Source: an uncultured Clostridia bacterium
GTDB taxonomy: Bacteria; Bacillota; Clostridia; TANB77; CAG-465
NCBI GenBank assembly: GCA_934132895.1
Contig: CAKPAG010000006.1
Location: forward strand, 933 to 64,932
Length of the DNA: 64,000 nucleotides
Direction of reading: 5' to 3'
The translations under genes and the position numbers were made by a program. This document shows, piece by piece, positions 9,439 through 19,303 of this stretch. Under the pieces are notes generated by a model. The model was not told where the DNA came from and searched no databases. It saw nothing but the letters and a program-made list of their open reading frames with translations. The first letter of the stretch is position 1, and the number at the start of each line of letters is the position of its first letter.

Positions 9439-9957
9439 TTAAATACAAATTATTACAATCATAATTCCAGCAATAGCTCCTACCGTTTTATATAACTTAG
9501 AATTTTTTAGTTTTATATCATTTGCCTCTTTAATTTGGTTTTCTATTATATTTATTCCATTTTCTATTATATTAATTTGGCCTTCTAAATCAGTCCTTCC
9601 AAGATTTTTAAGAGTTGAAATAAATACATTTTTATCATAGTCTGTTATCTCTTTTATATCTGATATATTTTTTACTATACTTTGATCTATTAAATATTCA
9701 TTTTCTAAATTTAGCATATCAACAACAATTATCCCCATTTTATCTTTCAAAGAAGTAATAAGTTTTTGCCTTGCAGATTCATATGCGTTTGGTAAAATAC
9801 TTAGCATGTATTTAATTTCATTTTCAACAAGTCCTAAAAAAGTCACCATGTCTCTTAATATATATTCTCTAGATTTTAAAGCCTTTGACTTATATATTCC
9901 TATATATGAACATCCTGCTATAATACCAATTGAAATAACAAATTTAAAAAATACCAT
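9439..9957 (-). CDS. spoIIIAB: stage III sporulation protein AB
   Basis: start set at MVFFKFVISIG (AAGGAGAAGG RBS); N-terminal TM then soluble domain; operon position. Confidence 0.55.
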   Translation of the reverse strand: MVFFKFVISIGIIAGCSYIGIYKSKALKSREYILRDMVTFLGLVENEIKYMLSILPNAYESARQKLITSLKDKMGIIVVDMLNLENEYLIDQSIVKNISDIKEITDYDKNVFISTLKNLGRTDLEGQINIIENGINIIENQIKEANDIKLKNSKLYKTVGAIAGIMIVIICI

Positions 9958-10070
9958 AACCTTCTCCTTTATTTTCATTATCATTTTAAACCAAAAAAGC
10001 AAAAATATTTGTAGAAAAATATTCTTCTCTTAAGTTTTTTTTGACTAGTTTTAGCAAAATTTAGGAAAGA

Positions 10071-10108
10071 AAAAGTAGTACTTAAATTAACAAATAAGTA
10101 CTACTTTT
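10071..10108. terminator. perfect 14-bp-stem hairpin with flanking U-runs between spoIIIAA and spoIIIAB (intra-operon attenuator/terminator candidate)
   Basis: AAAAGTAGTACTTA-aattaacaaa-TAAGTACTACTTTT; on minus strand followed by TTTCTTTCC; sits 8 nt after spoIIIAA stop. Confidence 0.5.
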
Positions 10109-10115
10109 TTCCTTT

Positions 10116-11042
10116 TTATATTGCTTTTTTTAGTATATTTTCACCTTTCAAATCACATATTTTTTCAATAGTTCCCACACCCTTTTTCCTTGATAAGATA
10201 ATAGCCACACTAAAAATTCCGTCATTTAACAGTTTCTTTATCTCTTCTTTTTTGTATACATCACTAATATCATTTCCATGCATTGTAAATACAAGATTTA
10301 CTCCACTAGAATTAGCATATTTAATTGCTTCAAAATCTTCTTTTCCTCCTATTTCATCTGTTGCAATAACATCAATTCCCATGCTTCTTACAAGCATCTG
10401 CATACCAATACTTTTAGGTACATTCGACATTATATCTGTTCTTAAACCCACATCTAGGTTAGGAATTCCTAAAGATACAGCAGCAATTTCTCCTCTTTCA
10501 TCTACTAGTCCCACATTTTTTCCTTTAAAATTTAAAATTTTTGCTCCACTACTTATTTGTCTTACTATATCTCTTAAAATAGTAGTTTTTCCACATCCAG
10601 GAGGCGATATTATAATGGTATTTTGTACATTTCCATTATTTACAATATATGGCATAACCTTATCTGCCACCCCAATTAATTGTCTTGCTACTCTTATATT
10701 CATGCTATTTATATTTTTTATATTCTTAATCTTAGCATTTTCTATTACTACTTCTCCACAAATTCCAATTCTATGCCCTCCATTTATAACGACAAAACCA
10801 TTATTTATTTCATTTTGAATTGCATAAATAGAATTTTTAGAAACTTTAACAAGAATATCTAACATATCTTTTAAGTTTACAATATAATCTACCTCTACTT
10901 CTACATCTGAAGTTACTAATAATATATTTCTGCCTACTCTTAGTCTTATCTCAGTTATATTTGTAGTTGAACCTATTTTTTTTATTTTTTCTAACATACT
11001 AATAGGTAATACTTTATATATTTCTTCTAACATTGCTTTCAC
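10116..11042 (-). CDS. spoIIIAA: stage III sporulation protein AA (AAA+ secretion-type ATPase)
   Basis: Walker A ISPPGCGKTTILRDI; 308 aa; first gene of spoIIIA operon. Confidence 0.8.
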   Translation of the reverse strand: MKAMLEEIYKVLPISMLEKIKKIGSTTNITEIRLRVGRNILLVTSDVEVEVDYIVNLKDMLDILVKVSKNSIYAIQNEINNGFVVINGGHRIGICGEVVIENAKIKNIKNINSMNIRVARQLIGVADKVMPYIVNNGNVQNTIIISPPGCGKTTILRDIVRQISSGAKILNFKGKNVGLVDERGEIAAVSLGIPNLDVGLRTDIMSNVPKSIGMQMLVRSMGIDVIATDEIGGKEDFEAIKYANSSGVNLVFTMHGNDISDVYKKEEIKKLLNDGIFSVAIILSRKKGVGTIEKICDLKGENILKKAI

Positions 11043-11130
11043 CTATTATATTTATATTATATATTAATAAAAATATTTGTCAGATTATATATTAAATACG
11101 AGATTGTTTTGACGAAAAAATAGAAAAAGT

Positions 11131-11157
11131 TAAAAGAGGTTATTTTAACCTTTTTAT
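11131..11157. terminator. hairpin terminator downstream of RloB-like gene
   Basis: AGAGGTTATTTTAACCTTT hairpin with T-runs on both strands. Confidence 0.4.
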
Positions 11158-11176
11158 ACTCTTCCTATTTATACAA

Positions 11177-11806
11177 TTATTCATTATTTCTTACTATTAA
11201 CTCTTCTACTATTTTATATACACTACTATGGGGATTACACTTTTCACTATCTAAAATTTTCCCTAATTTTAATTGATAAGATTCAAGTTTTTTAGCATTT
11301 TTTATTGCCTGATTAGTTAAATCTTTAATTATTAAATATGTATTATCTTTCTTTAAATAATTAGGTATGTATTTCTTTAACTCCTCCTGTAATTCACTAT
11401 TTGTAGCAAATGTTTTGGTAGTAAATCCAAAGTGCAATAGGAACCACACTTCAAAAGTAGGAGTTGAAGTAATTATCTCAATACCACTTTCTTTTGCTAA
11501 TTTTTTAGCCGCATCTATTTGATCATTTTTATTTTGACCAACATCCGTATCAAATACTGCATAAATCTTATCGTTTTCTTCCACTTCTATCTCACTATGA
11601 ATAAAATTAATCAGTTCTTGTACAATTCCTTTGGGATCAGTACTATTACCTCTCGAAAATTTAATAATACACTTTCTACTATTAAAGTTTCTAAAATATA
11701 TCTTTTCAGTTTTATTATTTCCTTCACACCCAATTATAACAAAAGGATTCCTTTTCCTTTTTTCAGTATTTCTTTTTCTTTGATTAAATTTTCTTACTCC
11801 TGCCAT
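11177..11806 (-). CDS. RloB-like (Toprim-like) protein, AbiLii-like partner
   Basis: N-terminal VIIGCEGNNKTEKIYF (RloB family CEG-x-TE motif), DTD acidic motif; overlaps upstream ATPase by 13 nt. Confidence 0.6.
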   Translation of the reverse strand: MAGVRKFNQRKRNTEKRKRNPFVIIGCEGNNKTEKIYFRNFNSRKCIIKFSRGNSTDPKGIVQELINFIHSEIEVEENDKIYAVFDTDVGQNKNDQIDAAKKLAKESGIEIITSTPTFEVWFLLHFGFTTKTFATNSELQEELKKYIPNYLKKDNTYLIIKDLTNQAIKNAKKLESYQLKLGKILDSEKCNPHSSVYKIVEELIVRNNE

Positions 11807-13077
11807 ATGTTATTTTCAACTGCTACAAAAGGGATCGCCCCATATCTTCCATTCAAATATCCTTTTTGAATGTTTTCTGTTTTTCTTACAGAAAAATCGT
11901 CCAATGGATATAATTCTGTAGCCCCTTTCTTTTGATCTTTTTCAGCAAACCATATTTGATCCCTTCTAAATAAGTCTAGTGACAACAAATTAGTGTCGTG
12001 TGTGTTAAATATTAACTGAGCATTTTTTTTGTTTATTTCTGAATTGTGAAAAAATTTAATTATCATTTCAACCAAATTAGGATGTAAACTTTTTTCTATT
12101 TCATCTATTGCTATAACCTTTCCATTTTCAAATGCATTTTTTAATAATGGTGCCATTGAAAAAAGTATTCGCGTACCTGATGATTCATTATTAAAATTTA
12201 ACTCAAACACTGTAGGTTTTCCATTTTTATCTATTACTTCATGAGCCATAGTTATACTTTTAATTATTTTTGCTTTAGGCATGATCATATTAGGAGAAAT
12301 ATTGATATTATTTAGTTGCATTAGTATATTATTTTCTATTTCTTTTTCTTCAATTTCAACATTATAATCTTTGATAACAATATCTGATTCTTCTAGCAAT
12401 CTTAGAGTAAATTTTTTTAAACTTTCATTTTCATCATTATCATATGCTTCCAAAGAAAAGGGCGTTAATTCCATTCCCCCAGAATATGTGTCTATCATTT
12501 TCGCAAACCATAGATATGGTTTTTTAGTTTTATCATAATTCCAAGTAGTAGCTGTAGCCAAAAACAATTTATTGTCTAAATTTTGATTTTTAATTGAGTT
12601 AAGTTTTCCCTCATCTGACTGTAAAAATTTATATTCACTACAATTAGTCCTTTCAAATATTCTTGTTGCTTTGGCAGATAAAAACTGATATAAATATTCC
12701 TCATATACCCTCTCTTTATCTGCTTTAAAGCCATATACATATTTTGTTGAATCAACATAAAAAATAAATTCAAATTCACATGGACTATTTTTTGATTCAT
12801 TATCAAAAGCAAAAGGTTCCATTTGAGATAATTTTTCTCCTGGCTGTCTACTATTAGATAATCTCACCATCATTACTGCGGCAGAAATAGCATTAATCAA
12901 GTTAGTTTTTCCAGATGCATTTGCTCCATATAAAGCTGTTGTTTTTAATACTCTTTCTTTAGATCCATTTAAAGTAACAACATTATTAATGTTCTCTTCT
13001 CCTAAGCCTGCCTCCATACTAAAATCTTGCTTCTCTTTAAATGACATGAAATTTTTTACACTAAACTGAATTAACAT
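11794..13077 (-). CDS. AAA_21/ABC-type ATPase (AbiLi-like)
   Basis: N-terminal FxxFKNF...ALYGANASGKTNLINAI Walker A; C-terminal VIAIDEIEKSLHP Walker B/D-loop; start set at MLIQFSVKNF (AGAGGTGA RBS). Confidence 0.65.
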   Translation of the reverse strand: MLIQFSVKNFMSFKEKQDFSMEAGLGEENINNVVTLNGSKERVLKTTALYGANASGKTNLINAISAAVMMVRLSNSRQPGEKLSQMEPFAFDNESKNSPCEFEFIFYVDSTKYVYGFKADKERVYEEYLYQFLSAKATRIFERTNCSEYKFLQSDEGKLNSIKNQNLDNKLFLATATTWNYDKTKKPYLWFAKMIDTYSGGMELTPFSLEAYDNDENESLKKFTLRLLEESDIVIKDYNVEIEEKEIENNILMQLNNINISPNMIMPKAKIIKSITMAHEVIDKNGKPTVFELNFNNESSGTRILFSMAPLLKNAFENGKVIAIDEIEKSLHPNLVEMIIKFFHNSEINKKNAQLIFNTHDTNLLSLDLFRRDQIWFAEKDQKKGATELYPLDDFSVRKTENIQKGYLNGRYGAIPFVAVENNIWQE

Positions 13078-13195
13078 AAAATCACCTCTTACTATATTAT
13101 ACACTTTTTCTAAAAAAATGCAACTGTATTTTATTAATATTTTAAGCTTTTATGCATTTTTTATTCATTTTTAGTAAAAATAATATGATAATAAA

Positions 13196-16100
13196 CTAAT
13201 TTTCAAATAATTTCATTATTTCTTCTTTAGACATATTGGAAATAAAAGTTTCACCTGGCTTTATTACATTTTCAGTCAATTTCATTTTAGCTTCCTGTAA
13301 TTTTTTTACCTTTTCTTCTATACTATGTTCTGTTATAAGAGAAAAAACTTGTACATTTTTTCTTTGCCCTATTCTATATGCTCTATCTGTTGCTTGATTT
13401 TGCACTGATAAATTCCACCATGGATCAAAATGAATTACTATATCAGCACCAATTAAATTAAGTCCTGTTCCTCCAGCCTTTAATGATACTAAAAATACAC
13501 ACATTTCTTCATCTTTGTTAAATCTATCTACCATTTCAACTCTAGTGTCAGCTTTGGTTTTTCCAGTTAATTCATAATATTTTATATTCCTTTTTTCTAA
13601 TTCTTTCTTCATTATTTCAAACATAGATACAAATTGAGAAAATACGAGTATTTTATGCTTAGAATTATATGCATCTTCTATAAGCTGAATACATTGATTT
13701 AATTTTGCACTTTCACCATCATAGTTTTCTAAAAATAGTGATGGATGGCAACATATCTGTCTAAGTCTAGTTATAACAGCTAATATCTTCATTTGGCTTT
13801 TTTCCATACCATTCTCATTTATTTCTTTTTCAAGTTCTCGTTTAGCTTCTTTTAAATATACTCTATATACTTTTTCCTGGCTTTCCTCCATAGCATTATA
13901 CATTACAGTTTCTGTCTTATCTGGTAATTCTTTTAATACTTCTTTTTTGGTTCTTCTAAGTATAAATGGTGCAACTACTTTACTTAAAACTTCTAATACT
14001 TTTTTATCTTCATCTTTTACAATTTTAGTTTCATATCTTTCTTTAAATTTACTATATGTAAATAAATAACCTGGCATACAAAAATCAAAAATTGACCAAA
14101 GCTCTGCAAGTGAATTTTCCATAGGCGTTCCAGTAAGAGCAAATTTGGTTTTTCCTTTTAAACATTTAAGTGCTTTAGCATTTTTAGTATTGTTATTTTT
14201 TATATATTGTGCTTCATCTGCTATTATATACCTAAAGTTAATATCTTTATATTCTTCTATATCTCTTTTTAATAAATCATATGAAGTTACAATTACGTCA
14301 TATTTTAAAGCATTTTCTATTTTAAATTTTCTTTTATTTGCACTTCCATTTACCACTAATACTTTTATATTTGGTGCAAATTTATTTATTTCTTTTTCCC
14401 AGTTTATATATAGTGAACTTGGGCAAATAACAATAGAAGTTGTGTCCTTTTCATCTTTTTTCTTATTTTCTCTTACATCTTCCAAAAGAGCTATTACTTG
14501 TAATGTTTTTCCAAGTCCCATATCATCTGCAAGTATTCCACCAAATCCACAGTTATCTAATGTTTTAAGCCAATTATATCCATTTTTTTGGTACTCTCTT
14601 AAGATTTTATCCATGCTTTTTGGTACTTTTATATCCATATCAAAAGCTTGATTCATATTTCTTATTATTTCTTTAAAACTGTTTTCTTTTACTGATGCTA
14701 TATCATCACTTTTATTAAGTACATCATTTAGGTACATAGCTCTATACTTAGGTACTTTTATTTTTTTCATAGCTATATCTTTATCACTTATTCCTAAGTT
14801 ATCAGCTATATCTACAAGTGTATCTATTCCAGAAAAATCAATATCTACGAAGCTTCCATCTTTTAATCTATAGTATTTTTTCTTTAACCTATAGCTTTTT
14901 ATAACATCAATTAATTCTTCTTCATCAAATCCCAAATCATAAGTTTCAATTTCTAATAAATCATTTTTTATTCTAACTCCTAAACTAACATTTTTAGGCC
15001 TTATGATATTTTTACTTTTAAATTTATCAGTTACTAAAACCTCATATTTTTCCATAAGAGTGTTTATACCATTTAGCATGAATTCATATATATCATTATT
15101 ATCATCTATATATAACTTTCCATTTTCATTATTTAACTTAAAATTATTCTGATTTAAAATATCTACCAATTTCTCTTCAGACATTTTATTTCTATTAATA
15201 TTTAATATATCTTCACTTTTTTGTTCTAAAAATGGATTAAACTCTTTATTTCCATATATAAATTTCACATCTGCCACAATATTATACTTTTCATCAACAT
15301 CAAGGTATATTTTAACCCCTAGCTTTTCTGCACTATACTTCTTTATAACATCATTTTCATAACTCATACCTAATTTTTTCTCTAAATTTGGTACCATATA
15401 TTCACAAAAATTAGTAGCTTGCTCTAATGGAATTTTTACTAAAATAGATTTGGCTTCAAAACTTACTTTTAAAAAAGGTAATACTGATTTTGAAAATTCT
15501 TCACTACATCTAAATAGTTTACCTTTATACAAAATATAATTATATAATTGTCCATAGTATATATAAAATTCATCATCAGTTTGTTTTATTATTTCAATGT
15601 TTCCATCATTTTCCTTTACCACAAAATCAATTACAGGGTCACAATTTACAAAAGTAATTTCATTTGAGAAATAATATCCTGAAATATTAATTTTTTGGTT
15701 TTCATACATTTCAAAAAATTCGTCTAAACATTTATATTTTAAATCTAAATTTTCTGCTAAATTTTTATTAAGAGAATTGTCAGCTCCTTTACAAAAGAAT
15801 TTATTATATTCATTTGCTTTAGTTATTAAAAACTCAGCTACTCTTTTATTTTCATCACAAATCTTAGATACATCATATATAAATTTTAAAGATTTTCCAT
15901 ATTTTATTTCTCTTTTTTTAAAACACAGATTTGCAAACTCATATATATCTTTTATCTTATACATTTTATCAATCCCTATTTTAAATTTGACTGATAAATT
16001 AGAATAATTAAAGCCATCTATTTCAAGTTCTGGTTCTACTTTTATCTTTCCATCTAAAGAAGTATCTTTGTAATTTATCTCTTCATAGTATCTTAAAAGT

Positions 16101-16585
16101 TCTGAAGCTTTTATTGCATCTAAATTTCTAAAAAAGATTTGCATAGAATTTTCTTCTCTATCTACGCTTTTAACTGTAGTATTATTATTTGCCAGCCTTA
16201 CTTTTTCATAGTAGTTTATTTTTAAGTTATCTTTTAAATTAGTACTATTTTTGAAATTAACATACTTTTGATAGTACACATATATATCGAAAAGTGCTGC
16301 TATAATATGTTTGCATGGTATTCTTTTATTAAAATATTCATTACAACCACAATTATATTTTAGAGAACTTGAATTTTTATTTTTTTCTCTACTTACACTA
16401 ACTAAAAAATTCTTGTTATCTTCTACTACATCTAATACTTCAAATTGTTTTTCAGATGTATAATCTACATGTGAAATACTCACTTTACTTTGTTCAAATA
16501 ATTTTTTGCCATGCTTTGTTACATCTTCTCCAGAAAGAAGAAGTATTTTATTTATTTCATTTGGAGAAATTAGCATCATTTTCAC
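13196..16585 (-). CDS. SNF2-family helicase with N-terminal SWIM zinc finger (YwqA-like)
   Basis: SWIM C-x-C...C-x-H (CGCNEYFNKRIPCKHIIAAL); SNF2 motifs ILADDMGLGKTLQVIAL, DEAQYIKN, helicase C ...GGTGLNLIGADIVIHFDPWWN. Confidence 0.75.
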   Translation of the reverse strand: MKMMLISPNEINKILLLSGEDVTKHGKKLFEQSKVSISHVDYTSEKQFEVLDVVEDNKNFLVSVSREKNKNSSSLKYNCGCNEYFNKRIPCKHIIAALFDIYVYYQKYVNFKNSTNLKDNLKINYYEKVRLANNNTTVKSVDREENSMQIFFRNLDAIKASELLRYYEEINYKDTSLDGKIKVEPELEIDGFNYSNLSVKFKIGIDKMYKIKDIYEFANLCFKKREIKYGKSLKFIYDVSKICDENKRVAEFLITKANEYNKFFCKGADNSLNKNLAENLDLKYKCLDEFFEMYENQKINISGYYFSNEITFVNCDPVIDFVVKENDGNIEIIKQTDDEFYIYYGQLYNYILYKGKLFRCSEEFSKSVLPFLKVSFEAKSILVKIPLEQATNFCEYMVPNLEKKLGMSYENDVIKKYSAEKLGVKIYLDVDEKYNIVADVKFIYGNKEFNPFLEQKSEDILNINRNKMSEEKLVDILNQNNFKLNNENGKLYIDDNNDIYEFMLNGINTLMEKYEVLVTDKFKSKNIIRPKNVSLGVRIKNDLLEIETYDLGFDEEELIDVIKSYRLKKKYYRLKDGSFVDIDFSGIDTLVDIADNLGISDKDIAMKKIKVPKYRAMYLNDVLNKSDDIASVKENSFKEIIRNMNQAFDMDIKVPKSMDKILREYQKNGYNWLKTLDNCGFGGILADDMGLGKTLQVIALLEDVRENKKKDEKDTTSIVICPSSLYINWEKEINKFAPNIKVLVVNGSANKRKFKIENALKYDVIVTSYDLLKRDIEEYKDINFRYIIADEAQYIKNNNTKNAKALKCLKGKTKFALTGTPMENSLAELWSIFDFCMPGYLFTYSKFKERYETKIVKDEDKKVLEVLSKVVAPFILRRTKKEVLKELPDKTETVMYNAMEESQEKVYRVYLKEAKRELEKEINENGMEKSQMKILAVITRLRQICCHPSLFLENYDGESAKLNQCIQLIEDAYNSKHKILVFSQFVSMFEIMKKELEKRNIKYYELTGKTKADTRVEMVDRFNKDEEMCVFLVSLKAGGTGLNLIGADIVIHFDPWWNLSVQNQATDRAYRIGQRKNVQVFSLITEHSIEEKVKKLQEAKMKLTENVIKPGETFISNMSKEEIMKLFEN

Positions 16586-16669
16586 CTTTTTCCTTTTTAT
16601 TTACTTTGTATACATAATATACCCATTCTTAATATTATATAATCTGAAATAATAGTTGTCAATCTTTTT

Positions 16670-17857
16670 TTAATTTATATCCATTAAATTTCCGAAATTT
16701 ATTATTCCTCTTCCATACATATCCTGAATATTATCTAATACATCTGTTGCAATTTTTAATTTATAGCTTTCTTCGTTTTTTACTTTTTCTACATATTCAA
16801 ATAGGTTTATCTGTTCTTCTTTTTCATTGAAATTAGAAACAGACACTGTTACAGCCCTTATTTTCTTGCCTTCTGTATAATTACTATGAAATAGATCTAA
16901 AATATTATTTAATATACTTTGATACAAATTTGTTTTTTCTATATGTTTACTTCGTTTTATACTCACAAATTTGTTATTTTTTATACTAATTCCTATACTT
17001 CCTGCCTTCAAATTATTATGCCTTAAAGAGCTTACTACGTCAAATGTTAATTTTTTTATTTCTTTTTCTATCTCCAAAGAATTATCTAAATCTTTTGGAA
17101 AAGTATGGCCTTTACTAATACTTTTAGGTTCATCCCAATTTCCCCATCTTCTTACCTCATCATTTTCTAGTCCATTTGCCATGTTATATAACGCTATACC
17201 AGACTTTCCTAATTTTTTCGTAAGTTTTTCTTTATCAAAATTTGCAAGCTGCCCTATAGTATATATTCCCATTTTATTTAATACTGGTAAAGTAGATTTT
17301 CCAACAAAAAGTAAACTTTGAACTGGCAAACTAAACACAATATTTTTAAAATTATTATATGGAATATGAGTTACTGCATCTGGCTTTTTTAAATCACTTC
17401 CAAGTTTTGCAAGGCTTTTATTAAAAGAAACACCTACAGATATAGTTAATCCTAATGTATTTTTCACTTCCTCTTTTATTTTATACGCAATCTCAACCGG
17501 AGAACCAAACAACCTCTTACTCTCAGTAATATCTAGGAATGATTCATCTATTCCAAATGGTTCTACTCTATCTGTATATTTTAAATATATATTATTAACA
17601 AGTTTTGAAAACTTTTTGTAATCTGAATAGTTTCCTTCTACTAAAACTAAATTTGGACATTTTTTCTTTGCAGAATATACAGTTTCCGGAGTATATACTC
17701 CATACTTTTTGGCAATCTCATTTTTGGCAAGTATTATTCCATGTCTAAGCTTAGGGTCACCACATACTGCCATTGGAACATTTCTTAAAGAGGGATTTTT
17801 AACCATTTCCACAGATGCAAAAAATGAATTCAAATCACAATGCAATATATCTCGCAT
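16670..17857 (-). CDS. Y-family DNA polymerase (DinB/UmuC-like)
   Basis: N-terminal ILHCDLNSFFASVEM catalytic motif; start set at MRDILHCD (GAGGTGG RBS 5 nt upstream). Confidence 0.7.
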   Translation of the reverse strand: MRDILHCDLNSFFASVEMVKNPSLRNVPMAVCGDPKLRHGIILAKNEIAKKYGVYTPETVYSAKKKCPNLVLVEGNYSDYKKFSKLVNNIYLKYTDRVEPFGIDESFLDITESKRLFGSPVEIAYKIKEEVKNTLGLTISVGVSFNKSLAKLGSDLKKPDAVTHIPYNNFKNIVFSLPVQSLLFVGKSTLPVLNKMGIYTIGQLANFDKEKLTKKLGKSGIALYNMANGLENDEVRRWGNWDEPKSISKGHTFPKDLDNSLEIEKEIKKLTFDVVSSLRHNNLKAGSIGISIKNNKFVSIKRSKHIEKTNLYQSILNNILDLFHSNYTEGKKIRAVTVSVSNFNEKEEQINLFEYVEKVKNEESYKLKIATDVLDNIQDMYGRGIINFGNLMDIN

Positions 17858-17956
17858 TTTAACCACCTCATCCATTATATCAAACATTTGTTCTAAAATC
17901 AAGTAGTAATACAAATTAAATAGAAAAAAATAGCTTAAACTTATTTAGTTAAAAGT

Positions 17957-18724
17957 CTAAGCTATTTTATAGTTAAATTTACTATTTTCTTTTTCTTGCA
18001 TTTCTTCATTTATTCTTTCCTTATTTACAACATAAGCAGGAATATACGAAATTAAAAATGCGAGCATTCCTACTAAAAATAATGGTATGATTGCCGGAAT
18101 ATCCTTTAAAAATGGATATAATTTTAAAGTATTTTCCGGAAGTGAAGTCATCATTATATAATTTGTTCCAAATATATTATTTCCAATATTTACAATTACA
18201 ACATAAATTACTCCTACTAAAAAAGCTGGAAGCATATCTTTAAATTCTACTTTGTAATCAAGTACGAAAAGTAAATATAGTGATGTTAAAAGCATTAAAT
18301 GATGACAAATGATAAACTGCCAAAATTCATACACATCATAAGTATGCCTTAAATCAGACCAAATTATAGCTGGAAGTGGACCTATAAATGTAAAGAAATA
18401 TATTATTTTATATAACTTTTTATTTCCACTAAATAATATATATATCATAAAAAAATTAGTCATAAAGCATAAATGTAATGGTAAATCTTCCATTATATTG
18501 AATGTATTAGTAGCGAACATGCCTACATAATATATAATCATATTAATACTAAGTATAGTTCCCATTACATATCTTACATTTTCTTTATATTTAAACTCTT
18601 TTAATTTTTTTCTTGCTAAAAATAAAATAAGTGATAAAAAAATGAGTAGTATTACCATAGTAAGATGTAATTTGTTAAACATATGGAAGCTAGTGTTTCC
18701 AATACCTGCAAAAAAGTTATACAT
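17957..18724 (-). CDS. integral membrane protein (YwaF/TIGR02206-like?)
   Basis: 255 aa, ~7 TM helices, LPLHLC motif. Confidence 0.35.
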   Translation of the reverse strand: MYNFFAGIGNTSFHMFNKLHLTMVILLIFLSLILFLARKKLKEFKYKENVRYVMGTILSINMIIYYVGMFATNTFNIMEDLPLHLCFMTNFFMIYILFSGNKKLYKIIYFFTFIGPLPAIIWSDLRHTYDVYEFWQFIICHHLMLLTSLYLLFVLDYKVEFKDMLPAFLVGVIYVVIVNIGNNIFGTNYIMMTSLPENTLKLYPFLKDIPAIIPLFLVGMLAFLISYIPAYVVNKERINEEMQEKENSKFNYKIA

Positions 18725-18851
18725 TTTCTCTCTTCCTTTCTCATATATTATATAACTTTTTTTGACATTTTTCTACTCATTTCTACACTTTTAAAAAAAT
18801 TTTTATGCATAAAGAGCAACAAGAATTACCTTATTGCCCTTTATATATGAT

Positions 18852-19166
18852 TTAAAGAAGGATTTTAGCAGCTCCATAAATAAAACTACTTATTTTATCA
18901 TTTGGTCTATCCATATATATTCTATTCTTCTTAGCCGTATTGTATATAATACTAATATCTTCAAAATGACTTCTTAATTCTTCATCACTTATTAATCCAA
19001 AAGGATTAAAGAATGCTCTAATATCCATTTTGTAATATTTATTATAATATATGTCTAATATATTACTTAAAGCTACATCAAATCTCTCTTTTTCCTTTCC
19101 CTCTTTTAAAACCTCTCTTACTCTCATAATACCATATGAACTTTCAAGTGCATACTGTTTTTCCAT
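18852..19166 (-). CDS. hypothetical protein
   Basis: 104 aa ORF with GGAGG RBS; no recognisable motif. Confidence 0.35.
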   Translation of the reverse strand: MEKQYALESSYGIMRVREVLKEGKEKERFDVALSNILDIYYNKYYKMDIRAFFNPFGLISDEELRSHFEDISIIYNTAKKNRIYMDRPNDKISSFIYGAAKILL

Positions 19167-19247
19167 TAGTAAAAACCTCCCAAATATTTTAAATTACATA
19201 ATTATTATACATCTAAATTAAAAAAAAGTCAATTTTTTCGACATCTT

Positions 19248-19277
19248 TTGCTATTTCTTGCATATATGTGATATAAT
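19248..19277 (+). promoter_or_regulatory. sigma-A promoter (extended -10) for mtnN
   Basis: TTGCTA - 18 nt - TGaTATAAT at 19272-19277; ~25 nt upstream of AGGAGG RBS. Confidence 0.5.
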
Positions 19278-19303
19278 TTATATACTTTTAAAGGAGGATT
19301 ACC

